Of a stretch of 64,000 nt of DNA, positions 23,960 through 36,311 are shown in pieces; position 1 is the first letter of the stretch; each line of letters begins with the position of its first letter. The notes under the pieces were generated by a model, which was given only the letters and a program-made list of their open reading frames with translations, had not been told where the DNA came from and made no database searches. A program made the position numbers and the translations under genes. Source of the stretch: Rhynchobatus australiae (taxonomy: Eukaryota); NCBI GenBank assembly GCA_034780895.1, contig JAUZTB010000070.1, positions 12,025,419 to 12,089,418 on the forward strand, written 5' to 3'.

Positions 23960-26275
23960 GCCACTCTGCTCTCAAACATCAGTAAAGTGATAGAAGGCAT
24001 CATCAACAGTGTTATCAAGCAACAATTACTCACTTGTAAAATGCTCACTGATCCACTTGGCTCCAAACCACATTCTAGCCTTGGTCCAAAAATGGACCAA
24101 AGAGCTGAATTCCAGGGGTGGGGTGAGAGCGTGGCAGCATTTGATTGAGTAGGACATCAGGAGCCTTGGTCTAAACTTATCATCAAGCTGCAAGACCTGG
24201 GCCTCTGCACCTCCCTCTGCAACTGGATCCTTAACTTCCTCATTGGCAGACCTCAGTGAGGATTGGTCACAACGTCTCCTCTTTGCTGACCATCAACACA
24301 AGTGCACCTCAAGGCAGCATGCTTAGCCCCCTGCCCTACTCCCTATACATACTGGCTAAGCACAGCTCCAATGTCATATACAAATTTGCCAACGACACCA
24401 CTGTCAGCATACAGGAGCGAGATGGGACAACTGGTTGACTGGTGCTGCCACACCAACAGCCTCTTGCTCAATGTCAGTAAAACTAAACTAATTGTTGACC
24501 AGGAAGGCAAAGGGAAAGAGGAGGGGGGGGGGCAACATGCACCAGTCTACATTGGTGGATCAGTGGCGGAGAGGATCAACATCTTTAAATTCCTGGGTCT
24601 TAACATACCTGATGATCTGTCCTGGGCCCAGCACATAGATGCAATTACAAGGAAGGTGTGCCAATGTCTTTACTTTCTTAGAAGGTTAAGGAGGTTTGCC
24701 ATGTCACTGAACACTAAAAAACTTCTACAGCTGTACTGCTGAAAGTATCCTGACCGGTTGCATCATGGTCTAGTATGCCAATTCGAGTGTGCAGGAACAC
24801 AAGATGCTGCAGAGATTAGTGGACTTAGCCCAATACATCACAGGCACATCCTTCTCCATCATCAAAAGTATCTACATGAGGAGCTGCCTCAAGAAGGCAA
24901 CATCTATCAAAAAGATCCCCACCATCCAGGCCATACTATCTTCTTGTAGCTACTATCAGGCAGGAGATACAGAAGCCTGAAGTCCTACAACACCAGGTTC
25001 AAGAACAACTACTTCCCCTCAATCATTTGGTTCTTGAACCAACCTGCACAACCCTAGTCACTACTTCAGTCGAGCAACACTATGACAACTTTGCATTACA
25101 ATGGATCTGATTTTTTGTTCTAATTGTGTTCTTTCTTGTATAATTTATGTTTTTCTTTGTGTATGTTTTCTCTCTAATTTTATGTGCCTGGATGCTGCTG
25201 CAAGTAAAGTTTCCATTGAACCTGTGCAAACATGTACTTGTGNNNNNNNNNNTTGACTTTGAAAACTAGAATCAACAGGCAAAGGGAAAACACTCCAGTG
25301 GTTGGATTCATACATGTTTCACACAATGGAAGATGGCAATGGTTGTTAGCAGTCAATCATCCCAGCCCTGGAATATCATTGCAAGCGTATCTCAGGCCAT
25401 CTTTAGCAGCTTCAATGACCTGCCTTCCATCAGAGATAGGGATGTTGCTGATCATTGCTCAATGTTCAATTCAATTCCATTTGCAGCTCCTTAGCAAATG
25501 GATCAATCCATCCCCGGCAACATTCAGGCATGGGCTAATAACTGGCAAGTAAAATGTGCACCACAAAACTGCTAGGCAATGACCTTGACAACTAGGAGTG
25601 ATTCTAACCACCAACCCTTGACATTCAATGGCATTGCCATCACCAAAATCCCCACCAATGCCCTAGGGGTTACCATTGACCATATACTGAATTGGATCAC
25701 CCAAATATCATGGCTATGACAGCAGGTATACTGTGGTGAGCAACTCACCTTATGACACCCCAAAGTGTTTCCACCATTTTCAAGGCACAGATCAGGAATG
25801 TAATGGGAACCTTTCCAGTTTCTTTTCTGAGTGAAAGTCCAAGAAGCTTGACACCATCCAGGACAAAGCAGCCCTCTTCACCAGCAATCATTTGATCACT
25901 CACTCATTCCTTACACCATCATCAACTGCAAGTTACCATTTACAAAGTACACTGCAATTACTCGTATGTGCTACTGAGAGCACCTCCCCAACCTCTACCG
26001 CCAAGCACAAGGCCAGCACGTGTATTGGAACACCAATAATTGCAGGTTCCCTACCAAGTCACACACCATTCAGATTTGGAATTATATTGTTGGGTCTTCA
26101 TCATCACTGGGTCTAAATCCTGGAACTCCCTATTCAACAGCACTGAAGAAATACCTTCACCAGAAGGACTGAAGTGGTTCAAGGTGGCAGCTCACCACCA
26201 TCTTTCCAAAGGCAATCAGGGTCAGACAACAAACACTGGCTTTGCCATAAACTCCCATGTCTTTTAAAAACTTGT
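23960..26275 (+). mobile_element. Second CR1-group LINE family (decayed), split by a Rex1 insertion at about 24170-25260
   Basis: ctctcaaacatcagtaaagtgatagaaggcatcatcaacagtg...tggaccaaagagctgaattccagggg at the 5' side; the 3' end reads GSKSWNSL...EGLKWFKVAAHHHLSKGN (ORF 26040..26267). Confidence 0.65.
24170..25262 (+). mobile_element. Rex1/Babar RT-to-3'-end fragment (frameshifted)
   Basis: INTSAPQGSMLSPLPYSLY...YKFANDTTV (ORF 24256), LLLNVSKTKLIVD...FKFLGLNI...LYFLRRLRRF (ORF 24302) and CLKKATSIKK (ORF 24789). Confidence 0.85.
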
Positions 26276-27329
26276 ATGAACTCCCCTTCACATATGGAAA
26301 ATAGAGTCCTGCATTTTTAATAACCACCTGAGGGAGGAGGGGGGGGCGACAGAAAAGCCTTGAGCTTAACCTCTCAGACAAGAGTAAGTTCTTCTAATAG
26401 AGAAACATTATCAGCTAGGAAATGTTCGGGTCTCTGAAGAGGGGCATTAACCATGTCCTCAGAGTCCAAACAAGAATATAATCAACTTTTAGCAATACGC
26501 TAAATTTGAGCATCAAATACCAACCAGAAGTACTTTCATATAGAAAGCAACAGTATAAAGACAGATGTTTTTTTTGTACACAGCACTTTTTCTCATCTTA
26601 GAAATGTTCCAATAGCATTTCATGTCCAAGGAGCTGTAGTGCATAGATTCTTATTTTATGAGTGCTCAAAGACAATATCAATGCCCCAAACAGTGATGGC
26701 TGCGATTCAGAGTCTGTAGATGTTCTGAAAACTGTTCTGTGCAAAGTCTGCAAGTTTCATGGCCTCAGACCAAGGATCCATTGCAGCTCTGAACAGCATC
26801 TGCTATTTTTGCAGTGTTAGCTCAGCGTCGACACAGATGGTGCCCACTGTTTCTTTGCATCTATTCAATAAAGGGAATTTACAGGGAACTTTACACAAAA
26901 TCTTTTGCATACAGCTTGAACTTTTCAAACTCCCAAAACACCTCGACTGTAAAACCATGGTAGGCTTGAATTTCTGATGGCAATTTTAATAACCGAAACA
27001 GTCTGCTTTTGCATGGAAAGCAATGTCAACATCCCATTTTACTGACATCTCCATCCAGCATCACACAATTTAGACCTTTTGCTGTTCTGGATCATTGTTT
27101 CTTACATTCAGAACTCTAAAAGTACTACTATTAACAGATAAAGTACAATATCCAATCACATGAAGCCTTTATTAAAACAATAGCCAGAGAAATGCACATG
27201 AAAAACCTCATGCATAAACAGAAATTGTAGAACTCTCGTGTGTAAATGCGACCACCCAGAAGAAACCATGGAACTTGTATTACCCCATCTCTGAAGATGG
27301 TGAGGCCCAGCAAAGTCAATGTTTAAGAA

Positions 27330-28299
27330 AAGACAGAGCATTCACAAACACTTTCAGCCTGGAATGCTGAATAAATGATCCCCCCATCACAGAAACCAGT
27401 CCTCAGTCAATTCAATTCATCCCACATACAATCAAGAAACAGCCGAGAGCACTAGATAAAGCAAAGGCTATAGGGCCAGACAACATCCTGGAAGTAGTAT
27501 TAAAGACCTGTGCTCCAGAACTAGTTGCACTTCTAGCCAAGCCATTCGAGTACAGTTACAACATGTACACTGTGGATAACTGTCCTGTTCACAAAAAGCA
27601 TGACCAATCAAACTAGCTAATTACTCTCCAAAGAGTCTACACTCAGTCATCAGTAGAGTGATGGAAAGTAGAATGACGTCTACAACTTTCAAGCTCAACA
27701 CCATCCAGAACAAAAAGCCCACTCGNNNNNNNNNNNNNNNNNNNNNNNNNNNNNNNNNNNNNNNNNCAATGGCTGCACTGTGTACCATCTGCAATATGCC
27801 ATGCAATTCCTCACCTACGATAATACAATAGCTTGCCTCAACGATTCAGGAACAGCTCCTTCCCCTCCACCAGATTTCTGAACAATCCATGAAACCCATG
27901 AATACTACCTCATTATTCCTTTTCTTTTGTACTATTTGCTTTTTTAACATAGTTATTTTATACCTTTGCACTTTACTGCTGCTGCAAAACAATAAATTTC
28001 ACGGTATACGAGTCAGTGATATTAAATCTGATTCTGATATCCATGACTTCTCCCACCAACACAGTCAAGGACAGTCAACTCATAGAAGCACCACCTCCTG
28101 CAGCTTCCTTGCCAAGTTACACACCATCCTAACTCGGAAATATATCAGCCACCCTTCATCAATGCAAGATCTAAATCTCGGAATTCCCTACGCAACAGCT
28201 CTGTAAATAGACATTCACCACAAGAACTGCAGCAATTCAAGGTGGTGGCGCACTGCCATCTTGTCAAGGGCAAATATAGATGGGCAATAAATTCTGAGC
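27330..28299 (+). mobile_element. CR1-group LINE fragments (same family as 23960-26275) with an inserted Rex1 3' tail at about 27830-28040
   Basis: aaaggctatagggccagacaacatcc...gacctgtgctccagaactag and a terminal ttcaaggtggtggcgcactgccatcttgtcaagggcaa. The inner tail ends aataaatttcacgg...agtgatattaaatctgattctga. Confidence 0.6.
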
Positions 28300-29439
28300 N
28301 NNNNNNNNNNNNNNNNNNNNNNNNNNNNNNNNNNNNNNNNNNNNNNNNNNNNNNNNNNNNNNNNNNNNNNNNNNNNNNNNNNNNNNNNNNNNNNNNNNNG
28401 CGGACTTGGTAGGCCAAAGGGCATGTTTCAGTGCTTTATGATTCTATGTTTACTAAAACTCTTTCGTGTCCTGAAGTTTTCAAAAACACTTTGTGAAAAC
28501 ACGTTTCTTTCTTTCATCCCCTTTCCTTCTTTTTTGAATTGTTTTCTCCAACCAAGATGCATCATTTAAAAATTTTTTTTACTGCCTCTGTGCACAGGAA
28601 AAGATTCAGTTCTATTGATTGGCTGTGAGTTCCTCTCACTGGTAAGAGTAACGGTGGAGAAACCACCATCTGCTGGCTCTGCTCATCCCTAAACACTTGC
28701 AGCTGTTGAATACTGATTAGCCTGTAATACCTTCCCTCTGCTTTGATCCCTTTTACAATTTAATTAATGTTTACACAGAGCACAGTTGACATCATGTCTA
28801 AAAAAAATGTACAAAAATTAAACTTCTGTTAAAATGATTTTTCCCGTCACTCATACAGGTGAGGTGAGGTGTGTCATACTCTATCAGGAGCTCCTGTCTT
28901 GGTTTTAATTCAGACCCAACGGATTTGCATCTCAAGATCATCTTGAGTTTAAAAGGAACAAGTGGGGCGGGGGCATTAATGGTTGGACGGAGTCATTCTG
29001 TATTGAAGCCTATTGCTGATACTTTGCATCCTTGTACTTCAGGGGATCTGCAGACTTTTTCAATCATAGTCTCGGCCTTGTCATTGTCCTGGCTCTGACC
29101 ATTGGCAGGTGGTAACCAGGTGCCCAAATGCGCTCACTGGGATTCACCTTCTCTCTATTCATCTGTCCAGCAAAATAAAAGTACTGCAGAGATCCGATTT
29201 GTGTACCATCTCATACAGCACAGGAAACAATCATTTTACATGGAATTCACTACAGGCCAGGAGATGCAACTGGTCCATGTTGATATTAATGCTGCACATT
29301 GCTTACATCCACATTACTTCATTTTGAGCTATTACCTTTTATTCCCTTCTGCTTTACATACTTGTCCATGGGAAAGGATATGGGTTTTATTCCTTACTTA
29401 TTATGACACAGATATGTTAGGGCTAAGATATGTTAGACT

Positions 29440-29847
29440 CTTGCAAATTTCTACAGATGTGCGGTGGAGAGCATTCTGACTGGTTGCATCACCGCCTGGT
29501 ATGGAGGCTCCAATGTGCAGGATCAAAAGAGGCTGCAGAGGGATGTAGAGGATGTCGACTCAGCCAGCTTCATCATGGACACAACTTTCCCCACTGTCAA
29601 GGACATCTTCAAGAGGTGGCGCCTCAAGAAGGTGGCATCCATCATTAAGGACCCTCACTACCTGGGACATGCCCTCTTCACGTTACTACCACCAGGGAGG
29701 AGATACAGGAACACTACCTCATCATTCCTTTCTTACACTATTTATTTATTTTTGTAACTTACAGTGATTTTTATGTCTTGCACTGTACTGCTGTTGCAAA
29801 ACAACAAATTGCACGACATAGTTCAGTGATAATAAACCTGATTCTGA
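29440..29847 (+). mobile_element. Rex1/Babar 3' fragment
   Basis: ORF 29464..29757 contains ESILTGCITAWYG...LKKVASIIKDPHYLGHALFTLLPPGRRYR. Confidence 0.85.
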
Positions 29848-30009
29848 CAGTATTAGCTAGTGGCCAATCAGGCCAATGCCACTCCCAGCAGACTCATCCC
29901 TTCAGTCCCACCCTCAGCCTTCTTATGTCCAGGTAGCCCTGCAAATCCCCTTTGGTTCTTTTACCCCTTACCTCCACAAAGGGGGTAACACAGTTGTTAT
30001 TTAACCCCC

Positions 30010-30310
30010 ATCAGGCAGAATGGTGAGGATGAAGATATACGGTCAGGCAGGAATGTAAGAGCAAGAGGTCAGGGAGGGGAGGCGGTGAGGGTGAAATATC
30101 GGGCAGGAGGGAGAGGGTGAGGTTTCAGGAAGAGGAGAGGGAGAGGGATCAGGCAAGAGGGAGAAGGGTTGCGGAGTGATTGTGAGGGAAGGAAGCCCAA
30201 GGATGAGGGTGAGGGAATGAGCAGGAGTGTGGGGGTCAGACGGGGTGTGAAGGTGAGGGAGGATGTGTTGGAGGAAGCACTATGTCAGGAGGACAGTGCT
30301 GAGAGTGCAT
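30010..30310. repeat. Purine/G-rich low-complexity tract
   Basis: Repeated ggtgaggg, gggaggg and caggagg motifs. Confidence 0.55.
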
Positions 30311-30997
30311 GAGGCTGATCAACTATGGAAGAGAAAATGTACAAACAATAAAAAAAATTCTGAAGTGATTCAATTGTGAATTCTGGCTGTGTCCCAGTCT
30401 TCTCTGTAAAATGATAAATAGATTGGATATGTCTCCTTAATAATCATCTTGTAATATATTGCAGATTCCTGGAATTGGTTTGGTAAGAGTACAGATTGTC
30501 CACAGAATGTGAGTTTTAATATTCTTCTCCACACAGGAGTTCAGAAGTATGACAGCTATCCACCAGCCCTGCCCTCTCGGCAACTTACCTGAGATATGTG
30601 CTGGTGCTTTCCATTCACTTTCATTGCTTTGTCTTACCGTGATGATTTAAGTTGACATCTGACCCCTTCTCAGGGTGATACAGGGCTGAGAGAGAAGGGG
30701 TCAGGTGTAGCCTCGTAGAATTGAGTCAGCGAGAGCATTAAAGGAATTCTATATTCCCAGCTACCTCATTTCAGGGAAGAAAATCATCCATTAGCTCTTC
30801 AGCATTCAGCTTCTTCGATTTATCTTTTATGGATCAGAAATCAAAGCTTCAATTTTGGCTGAGCAAAAACAGTTCAGAATCATTTAGGGATCTCAGTGTG
30901 GAAGCAGCATTGTCAGGCCCACCTTTTGCATTGACTGTCAGAAGCATGTAGCTCTTAAAACAATGACCTTCTCCAAACCAGTGCAAGAAAGAACAAA

Positions 30998-31825
30998 TTT
31001 GACAACAACCTTTCCCGCAATGTCAGCAAAACAAAAGAGCTGGTCATTGACTTCAGGTAAAGGGGTGGTGTACATGCACCTGTCTGCATCAATGGTGCTG
31101 AGGTCAAGAGGGTTGAGAGCTTCAAGTTCCTAGGAATGAACATCATCATCAACCTGTCCTGGTCCAATCACGTAGATGCCACGGCCAAGAAAGCTCACCT
31201 ACACCTCTACTTCCTCAGGAGGCTAAAGAAATTTCGCATGTCCCCTTTGACACTCACCAACTTTTATCGATGCACCAATAGAAAGCATCCTATCTGGATA
31301 CATCATGGCTTGGTACGGCAACTGCTCTGCCCGGGACTGCAAGAAACTGTAGAGAGATATGGGCACAGCCCAGCACATCATAGAAACCAGCCTCCCCTCC
31401 ATGAACCCTGTCTATACCTCTCGCTGCCTTGGTGAAGCAGCCAGCATAATGAAAGACCCCACCCACCTGGGTCATTCTCTTTTTTCTCCTCTCCCATCAG
31501 GCAGAAGATACAGGAGCCTGAGGGCACATACCACTAGGCTCAATGACAGCTTCTATCCCACTGTGATAATATTCAACGGTTCCCTTATATGATGAAATGG
31601 ATGCTTGACCTTACAATCTACCTTTGTTATGACCTTGTTATTGTCTACCTGCAATGCACTTCCCTGTAGCTGTGACACTTTACTCTGTATTCTGTTATTG
31701 TTTTTACCCNNNNNNNNNNATGCCCTGTGTAATGAATTGATCTGTATGAATGGTATGCAAGGCAAGTTTTACACTGTACCTCTGTACAAGGGATATTAAT
31801 AAACCCATAACAATACCAATAACAT
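30998..31825 (+). mobile_element. Rex1/Babar 3' fragment
   Basis: NVSKTKELVIDFR, LSWSNHVDATAKKAHLHLYFLRRLKKF and ASIMKDPTHLGHSLFSPLPSGRRYRSLRAHTTRLNDSFYP, followed by a 3' UTR. Confidence 0.88.
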
Positions 31826-34109
31826 TTTGTCCCAACCTCAGCAGTCCCAAAATATTTCACAGACATTGGATTTTCTTTCACTTCATTGATCTTTACCTGT
31901 TGGGCCTTCAGGGATTCCCCTTGAAATTTCTTACCGATCATTGTCACTAATTCTTAAGGTGCAAGTCTTGTTTCTAGGGCCAGTGTGCACTGGTTGTTCT
32001 GTGAAATGATGGAGGACCTTCTAAATGAATAAGTGATTATTGTAACAGAATGTCTAGCTAAACCACTTCAGGAGGCTGAATCACACATCGACCAGGTTTC
32101 ATTCCCTAAAGAGACGTAGGTAAACCCAATGGATTTACACAATATGTAGCCTCACGGACACTGATGTAGAGGCAGTTATTTATTTCCGACACACCTATTC
32201 TTTCCAAATTAATGTACTTTTGCTGTCAGTCATAATGGAATTTGGATGCAAGTTCTCTGTGTCCATATTTCTAGTTCACTATTCCAGTGTACCCAAAATC
32301 TAATAGTTTGTGTACATGTCCAACTTATAAAATGAACTAAATGTGGTTTGTTGGCCCCACTAGAATAAAAAGAACAGTCTGTTTTGATTTTAAGTACAGT
32401 GCATACTTTGTGTCTTCACAGTAGAATGTGATACAGTTCCAACTCGCTTTCTCCAGTGTCAATTGTAAAATCTGAGCCAACATCAGACTCCTCCCCCACA
32501 TTAAATTCAAGCATAGACCACTTTATTTGCCATCTCCTAGTAACCGTTTCAGAGGAGTACTAGTAGAGGACTTGGAGCAGGCCAGCTAGCCCACCAGATT
32601 ATGCAGTTGGCCCATTGAATAAGGAATGGCAGAGAGGGAGAAAAGGTTGCCTCTTTCATCTTCAACATAACCTTAACCAACCTTAATAGAGTAATGCATC
32701 ACGTGAGGGGTCTGTTCATTGCAACAAGCTTTGTCAGTTCACAGGTCCTGATTCAACTCACAAAACTGCTGCTGAAGGGACTATATCAGGAAACCATTCA
32801 GTATTCATGAGTGATAGACCCCAGCTGGCTCAGACCTTTGTTCTTTGTTGAGCACGGGAGTAAGTCACAGTGCACAGTATTTTTCGGAGTGATTGGCTGC
32901 ACAATTGGTGTCAGCCATTGCTTGGTGAGTTGGCCCCGGATGAAGAGAAGCCAACATTATCACTGCAGCACAGAAACTCAAATATGCCCAGGGACGGATG
33001 AGGAAATACAGAACAGAGGGACTTTGCAGGGAAAAACTTGACTGGCGAGCAGGCTTTGAGTTCTTGGCTAATTACCATTCTCCAGGCAACAACAGCTGCA
33101 GGTGAGGCAGAAGACTATAATTTCAAAGAATGTGGTATCTTTACAGAAACGTTTTGAGTCATAAAGTAATATTTTTTGTTATACATTCCAGATTCTGGTT
33201 ACCTAAGGTCTGAATCACCTTTGCAATTATTGGAATCAGATCATTTATAACATGAAGTGTTTAGTTAGATAGGGAGAATCTATTTCCATTGACAGTAGGG
33301 TGAGTAACTAGAAGACACCTACTGGTAGGGAAGTAGGGAAGGAGAAAAACATTTTACACAACAAGTTGTTGCAGTCTGGAGTGAACTGACAGAAAGATAG
33401 TGAAAGCAGTTGCATTAGTAAATTGGATGAATATGAGTAATACTGCCCACCTCACAGTGGTTTCAGAAGGCAGGTCATCACCACTTTTTAAAACACAATT
33501 AGGATGTCAGTGATACCCACATCATGAAAAATTGATAAATAATTCACAAATACAAAGCAGGCATCACAATGTTATGCTCCACAATTCCCCAGGCAATTAC
33601 CTGACTTAACAACCAGACTCTATGACTACAGCAACCAGAATGTAAAATTATAATCATTGCTTAAATTAGCCTTTGGAACAGCCTGAGCCCATAAATCACA
33701 ATCAGAATGATCAGATCTCAAGCAGCAAACAGGAGCACGTTTTTGTCCCATCTCTAGCATCCAGCTTTCAATCTGATTTCTGAAGAGAACAGGTTGTTCT
33801 TTGCAGGCAGCTGGGGCACGTGGACTCTGTCAGTTGGCTTGACATGAGATTAGATAGAGCTTGGTTCTATCACAATGACTGGCAGACTGCCAGAGACTGT
33901 GCAGCGAATTCTCAGCCTGAAGCTGCAAGAACTCTTTAATTTGACCAGACTGCACATTCTCAGCATTTTTCTGGAGTTACGAGTCAACCCCATTCTTTTG
34001 CTATCAGCAGCTCCACTTCTGGATAACAGCCAATTGTTCTGGTACAAACTGGAATGAATGAAAACTCACCATCACCTTAATCTACGTCTGTGTCTATGAA
34101 CATTCTGAC

Positions 34110-35080
34110 ACTATCATAGCTCAAAACCAAGCCCTTTGGCCCAACTGGTTCATGCCGACCAAGATTCCCATCTAAGCTAACCTATTTGCCCATATCCCTC
34201 TATCCATATACCTGTCCACATACATTTTAAATGTTGTTAATGTACATGCCTCAACCACTTCCTCTAGCAGCTCTCCATAACTCAGTCCCTCGAGTCCCGG
34301 CAATATCCTTGTAAATCTCCTCTGTATTCTTTCCAGTTTAGTGGTATCTTTCCTATAGCAGGGTGACCAAAACTGAACACAATTTTCCAAAGGCAGCTTC
34401 ACCATCTTATACAGCAGTAACATAACATCCCAGCTTCTATACTTGGTACCCCGACAGATGAATGCCAGCTTGCCAAAAGCATTCTTCACCACCATCTACC
34501 TGTGATGCCACTTTCAGGGAACGATGTACTTGTACTCAGAGGTCACTCTGTTCGACAATACTCCGATGTCCTACAGTTCATTGTGAAAGTCCCACCCTGA
34601 TTTGTCTTCCAAAAATCTAAATGCCTCACACATCTGAATTAAACTCCATTTGCCATTCCTTGGCCCACTCACCCAGCTGATCAAGATCCCGCTCTAAATC
34701 CTAATAACCACCTTCACTGTCAATGATACCACCTATTTTAGTGTCATCTACAAACTTACTAACTGTTCCTTGCACATTGTCATCCAAATCATTGATACCA
34801 ATTGACAAATAGCAGTTGGCCTAGCAGCGAGCCTTGGGGAACACCAGTCCTCCAGTCTGATAAACCTTACACCATCATCCTCTGCTTCCTACCATCAAGC
34901 TATTTCTGTATCCAATTAGCTAACTCTCCCTGGATCTCATATGATCAGAACTTTCCATAGCAACCTAGCATGCAGAACCTTAAAGGCCTTAATGAAGTCC
35001 ATACAGAGCATGTCTACTGCTCCAATCTCATTGACCTTCTTGGTTATTTCCTCAAAAAATTCAATCAAATTCATGAAACA
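34110..35080 (-). mobile_element. CR1 (HER1-like) LINE 3' fragment
   Basis: ORF 34172..34495 contains LLLYKMVKLPLENCVQFWSPCYRKDTTKLERIQRRFTRILPGLEGLSYGE. Confidence 0.85.
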
Positions 35081-35544
35081 CTTATGCTTTATTCCAATTC
35101 TAACCCATCTGTATTTTAAAGAATGGCATTATGTAACTTTCTGGTTAATGCAAGCTGAGGTCCAGCTCATTAAAACGCTGATGACCATGAGCAAACAAAC
35201 TACACTAACTCCTCCGTTGACCTTGCTCCAACACATACCTAGGCATGCTGACAGACAAAATATACCATTACCCACCTTATTTTTCAGATAAGGAAACTCT
35301 TCTACTGTTGGCAGAAACTCACATTCTTGGTACATTAAAGTGAGTAATGGCACATCTTGGAAATTATTATTTATGCATCATATTTCATTTAACGTAGATA
35401 AATTGACTGGGTCAGTGCCAGAAAATTCATTACATTAAAATCCTGATTTCTTCTGTCCCTTAAGTAAAAGTCCTTGGATTAAGCCAAACCATAGTCATAG
35501 TAATTGAAATGAACCGCACAGGAGTGAGGTTGAGGCTCCAAGTA

Positions 35545-36020
35545 ACGGAACCTGGAGTGAAGCCCAGTGTATGACCTGGAGCTAGATCCTGAAGGAAGGA
35601 AGTACAGAAGTACTGTGAGACCCAGACCTAGAAAAAGACCCAGACTGACAGATCCTGGAGTGATGCCCATAACATACAGGAAGACCCAGATTAATAGATC
35701 CTGGTGTGAGGCTCAGCATATTAGACTCAGCATATAAAATCCAGATTAATAAACACATGTGAGATCCAGGGTAATAGATCCTGGAGTCAGAGTCAGATTA
35801 ATAGATCCTAAGTGAACCCTAAGGTAATAGATGGAGTGGACATAAGTAATAGACGGCGAGTAAGGCCCAGACTAATGGCCCCGAGTGGTTTCTAGAGTAA
35901 TAGACTCTGCAAGGAGCCTCAAACTACTGGACCATAAGCTTACCCCAAAGTAAAAGACATTGAGAGTTTCTCAAAAAGAGACACTGGAGTGAGGCCCAGC
36001 ATATTAGAGCCTGTGAGCCC
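35545..36020. repeat. Degenerate minisatellite, unit about 27-28 bp (approx. AGATTAATAGATCCTGGAGTGAGGCCC)
   Basis: taatagatcc, taatagac and cctggagtga recur more than 10 times. Confidence 0.75.
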
Positions 36021-36028
36021 AAGTATCA

Positions 36029-36311
36029 CAGTAAAACTTAGATAATCTGCTATCCAACAAGTCAGAAATCCCAATACTTTGGCATCTAGTTCACAGATGA
36101 TGTTTCTCGCACCCCCCTGAAACAGACTGGAGTCTCAGTTTCTGTACACAATTTGAACTTACCGGGTTCACTGGAAAATTTATTAAACTTGTGTAACATC
36201 TAAAAAGAAGTGAATTTAAAGTGTGTTGGGAAATTAGTAGGAAACTGCTAAAAATCTACCAGTCTAGAACCACCAAAGTACTGAGCATGCTGGATTATTG
36301 TAATTTTACTG
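36029..36311. mobile_element. Probable Tc1/mariner (Tigger/pogo-like) MITE
   Basis: Imperfect 20-bp terminal inverted repeats: left CAGTAAAACTTAGATAATCT, reverse complement of right end CAGTAAAATTACAATAATCC. No ORF. Confidence 0.55.

Noticed and set aside
24302-24742. ORF resembling database 'ALKBH8 N-terminal/DUF1891' proteins
   Set aside because: It is the RT-downstream region of a frameshifted Rex1/Babar element and not a host gene.
35545-36020. Regularly spaced repeats that could suggest a CRISPR array (also 39685-40295 and 46785-48790)
   Set aside because: The units are degenerate tandem copies without unique spacers, there are no cas genes, and the context is a vertebrate intron.
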